From Bacteroidota bacterium (GTDB lineage: Bacteria > Bacteroidota > Bacteroidia > NS11-12g > UBA955), in contig CANMBF010000001.1 of assembly GCA_947496065.1 (NCBI GenBank), positions 70,018 through 134,017 on the forward strand: a stretch of DNA of 64,000 nt, given 5' to 3'. The notes under the pieces were generated by a model that did not search any database, was not told the DNA's origin, and saw nothing but the letters and a program-made list of their open reading frames with translations. Shown here in pieces: positions 10,731 through 20,960 of this stretch. Both the position numbers and the translations under genes were made by a program. Positions within the stretch are counted from its first letter, which is position 1; every line of letters begins with the position of its first letter.

Positions 10731-11390
10731 ATGAATATTTTATGTATTGAAACATCTGCTGCGTTATGCTCGGTTGCTATAATTAAAGATGATCAACAAT
10801 TTTATTTAGAAAGTGAATTAAGCATGGCCCACTCTGAAGTATTGATGGGGCTTATTACAGAGTGCTTGCTAAGGGCCGATTGTAGAATGGATGATCTTAA
10901 TGCTATTGCACTAAGTGGAGGCCCTGGTTCTTATACTGGTTTAAGAATAGGATGTAGCAGTGTCAAGGGCTTGTGTTTTGGTTTAAGCATACCTCTGATT
11001 GTTATAGATACCTTAAAAATTATTGCAAACGCTGCAAAAAAGAAAACCACGGATTATACGCAATATTGGGCAATGGTTGATGCACGCAGAATGGAAGTAT
11101 ACCATGCTATTTTCGACCAAAATTTAAATCAGATAACTCAAACAGTGAGTGCTATACTTTCGGATGAAGATTTTAAACCAAATAATCTCTCTGCTCAAAT
11201 AATTTTGTGTGGAGATGGCGCACCAAAATCGACTCATATTTTGAATTTGCCTGATGCCAATGTTATTGCAAATGCTGAGAGCATGTGCGATTTGGCAAGA
11301 CAAGCATACTTAAATTCTGAATTTAAGGAATTGGCTTATTTCGAGCCTTTTTATTTAAAACAGGCTAATATTACTGTTTCTAAATCGTGA
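10731..11390 (+). CDS. tsaB: tRNA threonylcarbamoyladenosine biosynthesis protein TsaB
   Basis: ILCIETS, GPGSYTGLRIG, DARRMEVY, EPFYLK. Confidence 0.95.
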   Translation: MNILCIETSAALCSVAIIKDDQQFYLESELSMAHSEVLMGLITECLLRADCRMDDLNAIALSGGPGSYTGLRIGCSSVKGLCFGLSIPLIVIDTLKIIANAAKKKTTDYTQYWAMVDARRMEVYHAIFDQNLNQITQTVSAILSDEDFKPNNLSAQIILCGDGAPKSTHILNLPDANVIANAESMCDLARQAYLNSEFKELAYFEPFYLKQANITVSKS

Positions 11391-11393
11391 TTG

Positions 11394-11401
11394 TATATTT
11401 G
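11394..11401 (+). promoter_or_regulatory. -7 promoter box TATATTTG
   Basis: TAnnTTTG match 4 nt before ATG 11406. Confidence 0.55.
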
Positions 11402-11405
11402 CAGT

Positions 11406-12011
11406 ATGAATTTTATTGAATATGCTTCGCTGAATAAGCATAAAATCATTGATGTAAGAGTGCCAGATATCTTCGAAAGGGGATTCATACCTAAATCGGT
11501 TAATATTGGCTTAAATGGTCCATTTGAGGAGCGATTTCAGCAATTAAACAATGACTTTAATGAATGCCTAGTAATTGTATCTGATAAGAACGAAGAAGCC
11601 AAAGAGAGAATTGAAAAAATAGGCTATACCAACCTATTGTTTTTAAAGGAGGGGTATGAGGGCTATAAACTAGCAGATCTACCAATAGATATGGTTATTA
11701 GTATTTCGCCAGAAGAGTTTGAGTTAGATTTAAATTTTAGAGAAGAATTGGTTGTTGATGTTAGAACACCAGAAAAATACGCAGAGGGGCACGTAGTCGA
11801 TGCTATTAATATTCCTGTACATGAATTGGAAAACAACATTGAGAATTTGGATAAATCAAAGACACTTTATGTATATTGTGGCGGTGGTTATAGCAGCATG
11901 ATAGCAAGCAGTGTTCTGCAAAAAAATGGACACAGATTAGTGAAAAATGTATATGGTGGAATTAAAAAAATCAGTGAAACAAAGGTGCCAATTAAAAAAG
12001 CTAAAGCCTAG
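11406..12011 (+). CDS. Tandem rhodanese-domain protein
   Basis: Two rhodanese repeats ([22 protein letters not shown]) with active-site YCGGGYSS in the second. ATG 11406 preferred over TTG 11391. Confidence 0.85.
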   Translation: MNFIEYASLNKHKIIDVRVPDIFERGFIPKSVNIGLNGPFEERFQQLNNDFNECLVIVSDKNEEAKERIEKIGYTNLLFLKEGYEGYKLADLPIDMVISISPEEFELDLNFREELVVDVRTPEKYAEGHVVDAINIPVHELENNIENLDKSKTLYVYCGGGYSSMIASSVLQKNGHRLVKNVYGGIKKISETKVPIKKAKA

Positions 12012-12016
12012 ACCAT

Positions 12017-13543
12017 TTGATTAAAAAGCCGCTAATATCTTTTCTAAAGTTTGCTATTGTGTGGTGTTTATTTAATGCTTTAATAGGAGGATTTAGCCAT
12101 TTTAATGAAAGGCCTATGGGGGTACACCAAGGAGCACAATGTGACAGAGCATCTATAGCGCTTAATTATTATTATAATAATCTTAATTTATTATATCCAG
12201 AGGTGCATGAAAATCGTTGCAAAGATGGCATTGTTTCCTGTGAATTTCCACTTTCGAATTATTTAACAGCAGTATTATATAAATGCTTTAAATATGACGA
12301 AAAATATTTCAGAATCTTAACCTTTATTTTTGTATCCATCGGCATGTATACCTTGTTTTTATTGTTTACCCTTTATATAAAAACAATTCCAGCTTATTTG
12401 CTTCTTTTCATTTTAAATGCCTCACCTATTCTTTTGTTTTATACTTCTAATTTTATTCCCGATGCGAGTGCCTTGGGTTTGAGTTTATCTGCTTGGTACC
12501 TTTTATTCCGATTGTTTATTCCCCACCCCTATTTACCTAACTATAAAAAGGGTGTTTATGTTTTATGTTTTATATTGTCATTAACTTTTGCAATGGCAAG
12601 TAAAACAACTTGTTTTATCCATTGGATGACGATGATGGGTGTTTATATTTTATCTCATTTTAAGACGCTAAAAATTGAATTAGTAAATAAAAAAGTATTG
12701 CTCAGCAGTCTATTATTTGCATTAATACTGCCTATTGTATGGCAGTTATGGGCACGCTATTTAGGAAAAACACATAACAGCGAATTTTTTATACTTCATA
12801 TACCACTCATAACAGATAAAGTGTTTTATCAAAATGCATGGAATGTGTATTTAGGCAATTGGCCACAAGAAACCTTTACAGGTCCTTTACAATATTTAAT
12901 GGGTGGATTGCTATTATTACCTTTCTTAATTAAAAAACATATTAGCAATACTTTGTGGTATATCACTGTATTGAATACCTTAGGTTGTTTTTTATTCATG
13001 GCTATTATGATCAATCAATTCATGTACCATGATTACTATATTCTTTGTTTATTGCCCGCTATCGCTTTAAATTGGTTGGCAATTGGATCGGCAGCGTCTA
13101 AAATTAAAGCCAATTTATGGTGGGTAAAAGTAGGTGTACTGGTTATTTTAATAATAGCAATGAGGTTGCAATTTAATTATGGTAGAATCAATTTAGAGTC
13201 ACGCTATACGGCAGGCACTTATTGGGAACAGTCGCAACAAAAAACAATTGATTATTCATTGTTTAAAAACAAGATTAATGCGCTTGGCATATCGCGAAAG
13301 AATTGCGTATTGGTGGGCTATGATGGGGCGCCTAATAATGTGCTTTATCTCCTTGATTTAAATGGCAGGAGAATTAATGAAGATTTTAATACCGAACAGA
13401 TAAGAGAGGCAGTCAATGAAATTAGTCCACAGTATCTAATAAGCAATGATTCTTTATTTACCAAAACAATGGAACCCTTTTTCAAGGAATTTAAATTAAT
13501 AAGTCAGGAGAAATATTTGAGTCTTTATAAAGTTTCTAACTAA
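12017..13543 (+). CDS. Polytopic membrane protein, ArnT/GT39-like (GT-C) glycosyltransferase candidate
   Basis: HQGAQCDRASIALNYY loop after TM1, EFPL, NFIPD, HDYY, about 11 hydrophobic segments. Confidence 0.65.
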   Translation: MIKKPLISFLKFAIVWCLFNALIGGFSHFNERPMGVHQGAQCDRASIALNYYYNNLNLLYPEVHENRCKDGIVSCEFPLSNYLTAVLYKCFKYDEKYFRILTFIFVSIGMYTLFLLFTLYIKTIPAYLLLFILNASPILLFYTSNFIPDASALGLSLSAWYLLFRLFIPHPYLPNYKKGVYVLCFILSLTFAMASKTTCFIHWMTMMGVYILSHFKTLKIELVNKKVLLSSLLFALILPIVWQLWARYLGKTHNSEFFILHIPLITDKVFYQNAWNVYLGNWPQETFTGPLQYLMGGLLLLPFLIKKHISNTLWYITVLNTLGCFLFMAIMINQFMYHDYYILCLLPAIALNWLAIGSAASKIKANLWWVKVGVLVILIIAMRLQFNYGRINLESRYTAGTYWEQSQQKTIDYSLFKNKINALGISRKNCVLVGYDGAPNNVLYLLDLNGRRINEDFNTEQIREAVNEISPQYLISNDSLFTKTMEPFFKEFKLISQEKYLSLYKVSN

Positions 13544-14073
13544 ATAAATTTGGGGTCAGTTTCCATTACATGGCCACAGCTTTTGCAGGTGCGCAAATCT
13601 TCAGAGCCATAAAATTCCCTAAATCTAGAAAGAAAATCTTTTTCTATATCTTGTAATTCAAAATAAGAAGAATGCAAGGGATGGTTACATTTATCACAAA
13701 ACCATAATAGACCATCTTTATAGCCTTTTCCCGCTCTCACGCATTCAATTACCAATCCTAACGAACCAGCCTGACGTACTGGAGAATGTGGCACTTTTGC
13801 AGGTAGCATGAACATATCACCTGCCTTTAAAGGGGTATCTACAGCCTTTCCATCAATTTGCAAACGCACATTAATTTCACCTTCTAATTGATAAAAAAAC
13901 TCTTCGGTTTCATTATAGTGATAATCTTTTCGGGCGTTGGGTCCTCCAACTATCATTACAATAAAGTCGCCAGCATCTACTGTCAAGTTTTTATTACTAA
14001 TGGGCGGCTTGAGTAAATGCCTGTTTTCTTCAATCCATTTGTTAAGATTAAAAGGAGGATTAATTTTACGCAT
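13540..14073 (-). CDS. nbaC: 3-hydroxyanthranilate 3,4-dioxygenase
   Basis: VGGPNARKDYHYNETEEFFYQLEG, PHSP, and C-terminal CxxC pairs (CDKC, CKSC). Confidence 0.95.
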   Translation of the reverse strand: MRKINPPFNLNKWIEENRHLLKPPISNKNLTVDAGDFIVMIVGGPNARKDYHYNETEEFFYQLEGEINVRLQIDGKAVDTPLKAGDMFMLPAKVPHSPVRQAGSLGLVIECVRAGKGYKDGLLWFCDKCNHPLHSSYFELQDIEKDFLSRFREFYGSEDLRTCKSCGHVMETDPKFI

Positions 14074-14077
14074 GCTT

Positions 14078-14085
14078 CAAACTTA
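14078..14085 (-). promoter_or_regulatory. -7 promoter box TAAGTTTG
   Basis: TAnnTTTG match 4 nt upstream of the nbaC ATG. Confidence 0.55.
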
Positions 14086-14114
14086 ATTAATTTTTTTTAA
14101 TTCGAAAGTATATT

Positions 14115-15632
14115 TTATGGCAATAATCGGCCATACATTCTTGGAAATGGAATACTTTCTCTAACATGTTTTAATTTGCACAACCATGTTACCAAACGTT
14201 CTAAACCTAAGCCAAATCCTGCATGTGGCACACTGCCATATTTTCTCAAATCTAAATACCATTCAAAATCAGCCATTGGCAAATCGTGTTCTACAATCTT
14301 GTCTCTTAGTAATTGCTCGTTTGTTTCACGTTCGCCACCACCTATTATTTCGCCATATCCTTCAGGGGCTAAAACATCCACACCTCTTGCAAATCGGGAG
14401 TTTTCAGGATTGCGTTTTAAGTAAAATGCTTTGACTTCATGTGGCCAATCATACACCATTACTGGTACATCGAATAGGCGGGTAATAACGGTTTCATCGC
14501 TTCCCCCTAAATCGTTGCCATATCTAAAATTTTTAGCACTTTCTATCCAATGTGGAATGTTGCGTTGAGATTCTTCTAAGTCTTTTAAATCATTTTTAAG
14601 ATTCGCAATTTTGGTTTGATTAAAGTTAATCTCACCTTTTTTCATGCCAGGAACCGCAATTTTTGCTTCTCTATCTGCAATTTCAGCAATTGTAGCTGCA
14701 ATTTTTGCTTCCACTTCTGCCAATTCATTTTCTAAACTTTTAATACTATTTTGACCATTAACATCTTTTTCGCCTTTAATAATAGCGACGGCTTCATCAT
14801 AAGTTAATCGTGGAAATTTATTCAAACTACTTTCAAGCACATTGGTATCTCTATCAATTAGTTTTAATTCTGCTTGGCATTTTTCCAACACCTCTTTGAT
14901 AATATATTGTAAGAAGCTTTCAATCAAATCCATATTTTGATGGATGTCATAAAAGGCCATTTCTGGTTCAATCATCCAAAATTCCGATAGGTGTCTGCGT
15001 GTTTTACTTTTCTCAGCTCTAAAGGTTGGTCCGAAAGTATAAATTTTACCAAAAGCCATAGCCATTGCTTCGCCATAGAGTTGACCACTTTGGCTCAAAT
15101 AGGCAGGGTCGCCATAAAAATCAGTTTCGAATAAGTTTGAGGTTCCCTCACAGGCATTTCCTGTAAATATTGGTGCATCCATTTGTACGAAACCCTCTTT
15201 TTGAAAGAAATTATGGATACTGTATATGATGGTATTCCTAATCCTAAGAATGGCCCATTGTCTTTGACTGCGTAACCATAAGTGACGTTGATCCATCAAA
15301 AATTCTATGCCATGTTCTTTTTTTGCGATTGGAAATTCTTCTGCAATGTGTATGGTTTTAATGCCATTAACTTGTATTTCAAAACCACCAATTTGACGCT
15401 CATCTTTAACAACTATGCCTGTAATTTCGGCAGCACTTTCGAGCGTTAGTTTACCAGCTTGGTCGAATTCAACTTCGGGTATTTTGTTTTCATCTGCTAC
15501 ACATTGACATAGACCGCTGCCATCTCGAAGATTAATAAATACTAGACCTTTACTATCTCTGCGATTCGCTACCCACCCTTTAAGCGTTACTTCTTTTCCT
15601 TCAAATTCCGACAGTTGCTTTATGTAAACCAT
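14115..15632 (-). CDS. asnS: Asparagine--tRNA ligase with internal helical insertion
   Basis: OB-fold N-terminus, AYLSQSGQLY, motif 2 GPTFRAEKSKTRRHLSEFWMIEPE, motif 3 PHAGFGLGLER. Confidence 0.96.
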   Translation of the reverse strand: MVYIKQLSEFEGKEVTLKGWVANRRDSKGLVFINLRDGSGLCQCVADENKIPEVEFDQAGKLTLESAAEITGIVVKDERQIGGFEIQVNGIKTIHIAEEFPIAKKEHGIEFLMDQRHLWLRSQRQWAILRIRNTIIYSIHNFFQKEGFVQMDAPIFTGNACEGTSNLFETDFYGDPAYLSQSGQLYGEAMAMAFGKIYTFGPTFRAEKSKTRRHLSEFWMIEPEMAFYDIHQNMDLIESFLQYIIKEVLEKCQAELKLIDRDTNVLESSLNKFPRLTYDEAVAIIKGEKDVNGQNSIKSLENELAEVEAKIAATIAEIADREAKIAVPGMKKGEINFNQTKIANLKNDLKDLEESQRNIPHWIESAKNFRYGNDLGGSDETVITRLFDVPVMVYDWPHEVKAFYLKRNPENSRFARGVDVLAPEGYGEIIGGGERETNEQLLRDKIVEHDLPMADFEWYLDLRKYGSVPHAGFGLGLERLVTWLCKLKHVRESIPFPRMYGRLLP

Positions 15633-15725
15633 TATTACTTTATTAAAATTGATTGTAATTTAAACCGCAAAATTAGTTTACTTTGCACATATAATTCTGA
15701 AAAACGGACTAAAATTTCTATTTTT

Positions 15726-17213
15726 ATGTTAAAACAAACACTTAGTCAAAAACTATTGCAGAAACTGTCGCCTCAGCAAATACAGTTTATAAAACTATTG
15801 CAGATGACTACAGCAGATTTTGAGGAACGTGTTGACCAAGAATTATTAGACAATCCTGCGCTTGAAAAAGGGGAAGATGAAAATGAAAGTCCTTTGCCCA
15901 TTACCAGTGATTCTAAGCGCGATGAATTTAGTAATGAAGATTCCTTAAATGATGATTTTAATAGCACTGATTCATACGAAAGTGATGAATTTAGTGTAAC
16001 TGAATTTTTAACTGGCGACGACCAAGGGGCAAGTTTTCGAATGACTGATGATTATGGGGATGAGGAACAAAAAGAAATTCCAATTGCCTATCAACAAAGT
16101 TTCTATGATTTTTTGGTAGAACAAACCCAATCAAATTTTGAAGAAGGAGCTGATTTGCAGATAGCCTTGCACATTGTTGGTAATATCGAAGAGGATGGCT
16201 ATTTAAGAAGGGAATTGGTGGCCATTGTGAATGATTTAGCTTTTACAGAGAATATCAGTACTACCGAAGATCAATTACAGAGAATTTTAACAAAAATACA
16301 AAATTTTGACCCGCCAGGAATAGGGGCTCGCGATTTACAAGAATGCTTGTTATTGCAACTTTACAAAAAGGATTATGGCGGCAATAGAGCTTTAGATTTA
16401 GCTGAAAAAATAATTGCCGAGCACATGGAGGCTTTTGTTAAAAAACATTATGACAAGATTAAGCATGCGCTCAAAATAGATGATGATGAACTTAAACTAG
16501 CTTTAGTGGAGATTACAAAATTAAACCCTAAACCAGGTCAATCACAATCGAATAGCAAATCACAATATATTATACCCGATTTTACTGTAATAAATGATGA
16601 AGGGCAATTGAATGTTATTTTGAACTCTAGGAATGCACCAGAGTTAAAATTAAGTCATTCTTATAGTGAGACCCTTCAAGCCTATGAAAAGGATGCTGGA
16701 AAGGATAAAAATTTAAAAGATACTGTTCAATACATCAAACAAAAGCTAGATGGTGCCAAATGGTTTATTGATAGTGTTAAACAGCGTCAACAAACTTTGC
16801 AAATGACCATGCGTGCAATTGTTGCAGCGCAAAAAGAATTCTTTTTAGATGGCGATGAAACCTCATTGCGCCCAATGATTTTGAAAGATATTGCTGATAA
16901 AATTGGCATGGATATTTCGACCATTTCGAGGGTAGCCAATAGCAAATATGTGCAAACTGATTTCGGCATTTACCCTTTAAAATATTTCTTTAGCGAAGGT
17001 ATTACCAACGATAGTGGTGAGGAAGTAAGTAACAAGGAGGTTAAGAAAATTTTGAGTGATGCCATTGGCAATGAGAGTAAGAAAAAACCACTGACAGATG
17101 AAGCTTTAATGGAGTTATTAAAAGAAAAAGGTTACCTCATAGCGCGAAGAACAGTGGCCAAATACAGAGAGCAATTGAATATTCCGGTGGCCCGTTTGCG
17201 CAAAGAATTATAA
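15726..17213 (+). CDS. rpoN: RNA polymerase sigma-54 factor
   Basis: MLKQTLSQKLLQKLSPQQIQ start, DPPGIGARDLQECL, STISRV HTH, RpoN box ARRTVAKYRE. ATG 15726 avoids overlap with asnS. Confidence 0.97.
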   Translation: MLKQTLSQKLLQKLSPQQIQFIKLLQMTTADFEERVDQELLDNPALEKGEDENESPLPITSDSKRDEFSNEDSLNDDFNSTDSYESDEFSVTEFLTGDDQGASFRMTDDYGDEEQKEIPIAYQQSFYDFLVEQTQSNFEEGADLQIALHIVGNIEEDGYLRRELVAIVNDLAFTENISTTEDQLQRILTKIQNFDPPGIGARDLQECLLLQLYKKDYGGNRALDLAEKIIAEHMEAFVKKHYDKIKHALKIDDDELKLALVEITKLNPKPGQSQSNSKSQYIIPDFTVINDEGQLNVILNSRNAPELKLSHSYSETLQAYEKDAGKDKNLKDTVQYIKQKLDGAKWFIDSVKQRQQTLQMTMRAIVAAQKEFFLDGDETSLRPMILKDIADKIGMDISTISRVANSKYVQTDFGIYPLKYFFSEGITNDSGEEVSNKEVKKILSDAIGNESKKKPLTDEALMELLKEKGYLIARRTVAKYREQLNIPVARLRKEL

Positions 17214-17873
17214 AACTTCTTTTATAAATTCATTGAACGCTTTAGCGTGTTTGTATTTTTCGGCAATGTATTTTAACACATCCTTCTCAACAATAATTTC
17301 CGGTTCAGCAGTGTGTTGCAAGTAAAATTGTTTATTGAAAATAAGGGGCTGTTGGGTTGCTACTAGTTTCAAATCAGGTGGTAATAATTTAGCTTTTTCG
17401 CCTTTTACCTTTCCAAAAGTGGCTTTAAAATGTTTTTCATTAAGAATGGTTTCAAGTCGTTTTCCGTTTTTTGCAATATGCCTTCTTATTCGGTCGATTT
17501 GTTCCTTGTCGGGCATGTAGACGCCTGTGTATACACCCAAATGTTCAGGTCCTAATTCAAAGTAAACACCTATGTTGACCATGTCTTTTTTTCCGCCTTT
17601 ACTAATGGCTGCACTCATTTGTAATTTGTAAGGCGACTTATCCTTACTAAAGCGAATGTCTTTGTTGATTCGAAAAATAAAATCGGAAGGTCGTCCATCC
17701 ATTACATCCTCGGTTTTCTTAAGTTCTTTGATTAGTTTTTCTACAAAATTTTCGAAAGGCTCTTTTACCGATTTTTTATAACGGTCGCGGTTATTGTCGA
17801 ACCAGTCTTTGTTATTATTTGGCGCTAACTCCATAAAAAAATGAAGAAAATCGGGCGTAAAGTAAAAAGCCAT
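17208..17873 (-). CDS. DUF2461 (TIGR02453-like) protein
   Basis: NNNKDWF, FRINKDIRFSKDKSPYK motifs; start set at MAFYF. Confidence 0.88.
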   Translation of the reverse strand: MAFYFTPDFLHFFMELAPNNNKDWFDNNRDRYKKSVKEPFENFVEKLIKELKKTEDVMDGRPSDFIFRINKDIRFSKDKSPYKLQMSAAISKGGKKDMVNIGVYFELGPEHLGVYTGVYMPDKEQIDRIRRHIAKNGKRLETILNEKHFKATFGKVKGEKAKLLPPDLKLVATQQPLIFNKQFYLQHTAEPEIIVEKDVLKYIAEKYKHAKAFNEFIKEVL

Positions 17874-17988
17874 TATGTTAAAAATTATTGGTATTAGGTT
17901 TGTAAATACACTACAATTATACAATAAAATAGGATAGAAGTGGTATGCTTAAAATGCCTTATTTTTGTTATAAAGTTATCAATTAAAA

Positions 17989-18678
17989 ATGAGGAGATTC
18001 CCTTTAAAAAAGTTTATTTTATTAGCTATTTTGTTTTTAACAATTGAATTTTTAAATGCACAAACAACAAAAGCAAAACTAACCTTATCCTTTAAGTTCA
18101 ATAAAGAATTTGTCGATTTATGGGACAGTGTTTTTGTGACCGGAAAAGATACCAATTGCAGATTGGCTTGTCCGTTGTTTGGTAATAAACTAAGCTTGTT
18201 TTTAAAGCCGGGTAACTACAATGTTACACTCCATTCTAAATCGATGGAAGAAGTAAAGAAATCATTGGTTTTGAAAAAGGATGTTAACTTACCCTTCACT
18301 GTTGAAAATTATTATAAGTCATACAAGGATACTGCCTCCATAAGTCGATTAATGACAACAGGTGATACCAGTTTTATTATCTATACCTCGGGCATGAACT
18401 GGGCGCCCGGCGAGGATTACTTGATGGTGGTGCGCGATGAAACTAAATTTCATGTAATTACCAAGAACCAGCTGAACCAATGGATTTCGATTCCTGTGTT
18501 TGATTACGAACTAAGTGAATTTATTCAGCTAGGTAAATATAAACCAATCAAAAAAGGGGAAGCTATTGAAAGCTTAGGGATGTATTATTGGACCTTAGGA
18601 AATACTGTTTTAAAGCGGCCTTGTGGCACTTGTTTGTACGGCTTTTTATACAGAAAGCGCTTGGTAAGACAAAGGTAA
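17989..18678 (+). CDS. Hypothetical secreted protein
   Basis: 229-aa ORF with signal peptide; TATTTTTG box at 17960-17967. Confidence 0.65.
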   Translation: MRRFPLKKFILLAILFLTIEFLNAQTTKAKLTLSFKFNKEFVDLWDSVFVTGKDTNCRLACPLFGNKLSLFLKPGNYNVTLHSKSMEEVKKSLVLKKDVNLPFTVENYYKSYKDTASISRLMTTGDTSFIIYTSGMNWAPGEDYLMVVRDETKFHVITKNQLNQWISIPVFDYELSEFIQLGKYKPIKKGEAIESLGMYYWTLGNTVLKRPCGTCLYGFLYRKRLVRQR

Positions 18679-18688
18679 TTTTAAGCTA

Positions 18689-19141
18689 TTATATTCTTCT
18701 ATTTCTAAAAAAACTTTGCATCATCTTGCGGCATTCTTCTTCTAGCACACCAGATTTTAATTCAGTTTTCATGTTAAAATCGTCATTTAAGAAATTAGAA
18801 AAACCTGTTTTTGGTTCTTTGGCTCCGATTACAATTTTGTGAAAACGTGCATGCTTAATAGCTCCAGCACACATCACACAAGGTTCTATGGTAACATATA
18901 GGGTACACTCATCTAGATATTTGCTCCCCAATTCGGCAGCAGCAGCTGTGATAGCTATCATTTCTGCATGAGCTGTTACATCTACTAATTTTTCTGTTTG
19001 GTTGTAGCCTTTACCTATTATTTTGTTATTACAAACCACAATAGCGCCAATTGGCACTTCTTCATCATCAAAAGCACGCTGTGCTTGTTCAAGCGCTTTG
19101 CGCATATAAAATTCATCGACCTTGAACAACTCATCTTCCAT
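18689..19141 (-). CDS. tadA: TadA-like tRNA adenosine deaminase
   Basis: EVPIGA, HAE and EPCVMC zinc motifs. Confidence 0.88.
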   Translation of the reverse strand: MEDELFKVDEFYMRKALEQAQRAFDDEEVPIGAIVVCNNKIIGKGYNQTEKLVDVTAHAEMIAITAAAAELGSKYLDECTLYVTIEPCVMCAGAIKHARFHKIVIGAKEPKTGFSNFLNDDFNMKTELKSGVLEEECRKMMQSFFRNRRI

Positions 19142-19199
19142 ACTACAAGATTACTAAAATGCAGAATGTAAAGCAAATAGTATTATTTTTGCTGTTGAA

Positions 19200-19619
19200 T
19201 TGAGAAAAATATTAATCATAACAGCTGTCTTATTTTTAATGATGGGCTGCAAGATTTTAGTCTATAAAAAATATGCTGAATCATTAAGTGTCAGTTTTGG
19301 CAGTGGTGGTGGCTTTACTGGTGCAGTTGATGAATTTATTTTGAGTGGTAATGGCCAATTAAAATCTATTAAATCTTTTAGTAAGGATACGATTGTTTTA
19401 AAAAGTTTATCTTCCAAAGAAATAAAAAAGATTTTCAAAATGTTAGAGACAAAGTCTATGGATAACATAAAATTGGAGACACCTGGCAATATGACAAGTT
19501 TTATATACTTTAGTAAAGCTGGAAAAATTACACATAAATACCAATGGCCCGAGGGAAGTTCTGTGCCTAAAGAAATTGCTGAAATATTTAAATTGCTTTG
19601 TCAACTTTCAAACCTATGA
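19200..19619 (+). CDS. Hypothetical lipoprotein
   Basis: TTG start, lipobox-like LMMGC, FGSGGGFTG motif. Confidence 0.75.
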   Translation: MRKILIITAVLFLMMGCKILVYKKYAESLSVSFGSGGGFTGAVDEFILSGNGQLKSIKSFSKDTIVLKSLSSKEIKKIFKMLETKSMDNIKLETPGNMTSFIYFSKAGKITHKYQWPEGSSVPKEIAEIFKLLCQLSNL

Positions 19620-19825
19620 AATTATTTCAAGTTTATTTAGGCTCTTTTTTAAAGTTGTTTTCAAAAACTACCCTAAAAATTATCTTCCTCTTTTCAAAAC
19701 CTTGGCATATTAAGATTGTTAGTTATTTAGGTATTTGTGTTGTCGAACATGTACATTCAACCATTAAGGCAACAATGACAAACAATACAGAGAAAGGTTA
19801 TTTATCTAGATTCACAAAATTATGA
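19616..19825 (+). CDS. Possible 69-aa small protein
   Basis: ATGA overlaps with both the upstream stop and the bshA start; no recognisable motif. Confidence 0.35.
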   Translation: MKLFQVYLGSFLKLFSKTTLKIIFLFSKPWHIKIVSYLGICVVEHVHSTIKATMTNNTEKGYLSRFTKL

Positions 19826-20958
19826 ACATTGGAATTGTTTGTTACCCAACATTTGGTGGTAGCGGTGTAGTGGCCACAGAACTCGGAAGGGCTTTGGCAG
19901 CCAAAGAACACAATGTACACTTTATTAGTTATTCTCAGCCAGCAAGGTTAGATTTTTTTAATCCGCATGTTTTTTTCCACGAGGTTTCAATCTATAAATA
20001 CCCATTGTTTGAGTATGTGCCTTATGAAACCATATTGGCTAGTAAAATTGTAGATATTGTAAAACAGAATAAATTAGATGTTTTGCATGTGCACTATGCC
20101 ATACCACATGCTAGCGCAGCGTTGATGGCAAAAAACATTTTAATAGAACAAGGCATAGATATACCAATAGTTACAACTTTACACGGAACAGATATTACTT
20201 TAGTTGGCAAAGACCCAACCTATGAACCGGTGGTTTCCTATTCCATCAACCACTCGGATGCTGTTACTGCAGTTTCAGAGAGTTTGAAGCGCGATACGTA
20301 TGCTAATTTTCACATTGAAAAACCCATTTTTGTAATTCCTAATTTTATTGATTTTTCCAGATTTGTAAAACAAAAAAAGGAACACTTTAAAAAAGCAATC
20401 GCCCCTCAAGGGGAGAAGATTTTAGTGCATACATCAAACTTTAGAAAAGTTAAACGTGTTGAGGATGTCATTAAAATATTCGCCATTGTTTCAAAACAAG
20501 TGGCATGTAAATTATTGCTAATTGGCGATGGACCTGAAAGAACGAATATTGAACTCCTATCACGTGAGATGGGGGTGGATGATAGGGTTACTTTTTTAGG
20601 CAAACAAGAACAAATAGAAGAGATATTATCGGTTTGTGATCTGTTTATTTTAACCTCCGAGACAGAAAGCTTTGGATTAGCGGCTCTAGAGGCCATGGCT
20701 TGCGAGGTGCCTGTAATAAGCACCAACACAGGCGGTATACCTGAAGTAAATATCGAAGGCGTTACAGGCTATTTAAGCAATATTGGCGATGTTGAGGACA
20801 TGGCGAAAAACGCATTGAAATTATTATCCAACGAAGCATTATTATTGACTTTCAAAGCCAATGCACTTAATAAAGCGAAAGAATTTCAACTCGAAAAGAT
20901 TTTACCAATGTATGAAGCGGTATATGAAGGATTGCTGAAAAAGCAATTCATTAATTAA
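19822..20958 (+). CDS. bshA: N-acetyl-alpha-D-glucosaminyl L-malate synthase
   Basis: CYPTFGGSGVVATELG, HVHYAIPHA, TTLHGTD, SNFRKVKR, ESFGLAALEA. Confidence 0.95.
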   Translation: MNIGIVCYPTFGGSGVVATELGRALAAKEHNVHFISYSQPARLDFFNPHVFFHEVSIYKYPLFEYVPYETILASKIVDIVKQNKLDVLHVHYAIPHASAALMAKNILIEQGIDIPIVTTLHGTDITLVGKDPTYEPVVSYSINHSDAVTAVSESLKRDTYANFHIEKPIFVIPNFIDFSRFVKQKKEHFKKAIAPQGEKILVHTSNFRKVKRVEDVIKIFAIVSKQVACKLLLIGDGPERTNIELLSREMGVDDRVTFLGKQEQIEEILSVCDLFILTSETESFGLAALEAMACEVPVISTNTGGIPEVNIEGVTGYLSNIGDVEDMAKNALKLLSNEALLLTFKANALNKAKEFQLEKILPMYEAVYEGLLKKQFIN

Positions 20959-20960
20959 AA

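Noticed and set aside
14535..14768. AsnRS insertion as an intein
   Set aside because: Too short, no Cys/Ser start or His-Asn end, and predicted helical.
15615..15725. 37-aa N-terminal extension of RpoN in the ORF track
   Set aside because: Overlaps the divergent asnS start and the promoter region; the typical RpoN start MLKQ is at 15726.
17208..17213. TTATAA overlap of the convergent rpoN and DUF2461 gene ends
   Set aside because: Ordinary compact convergent arrangement.
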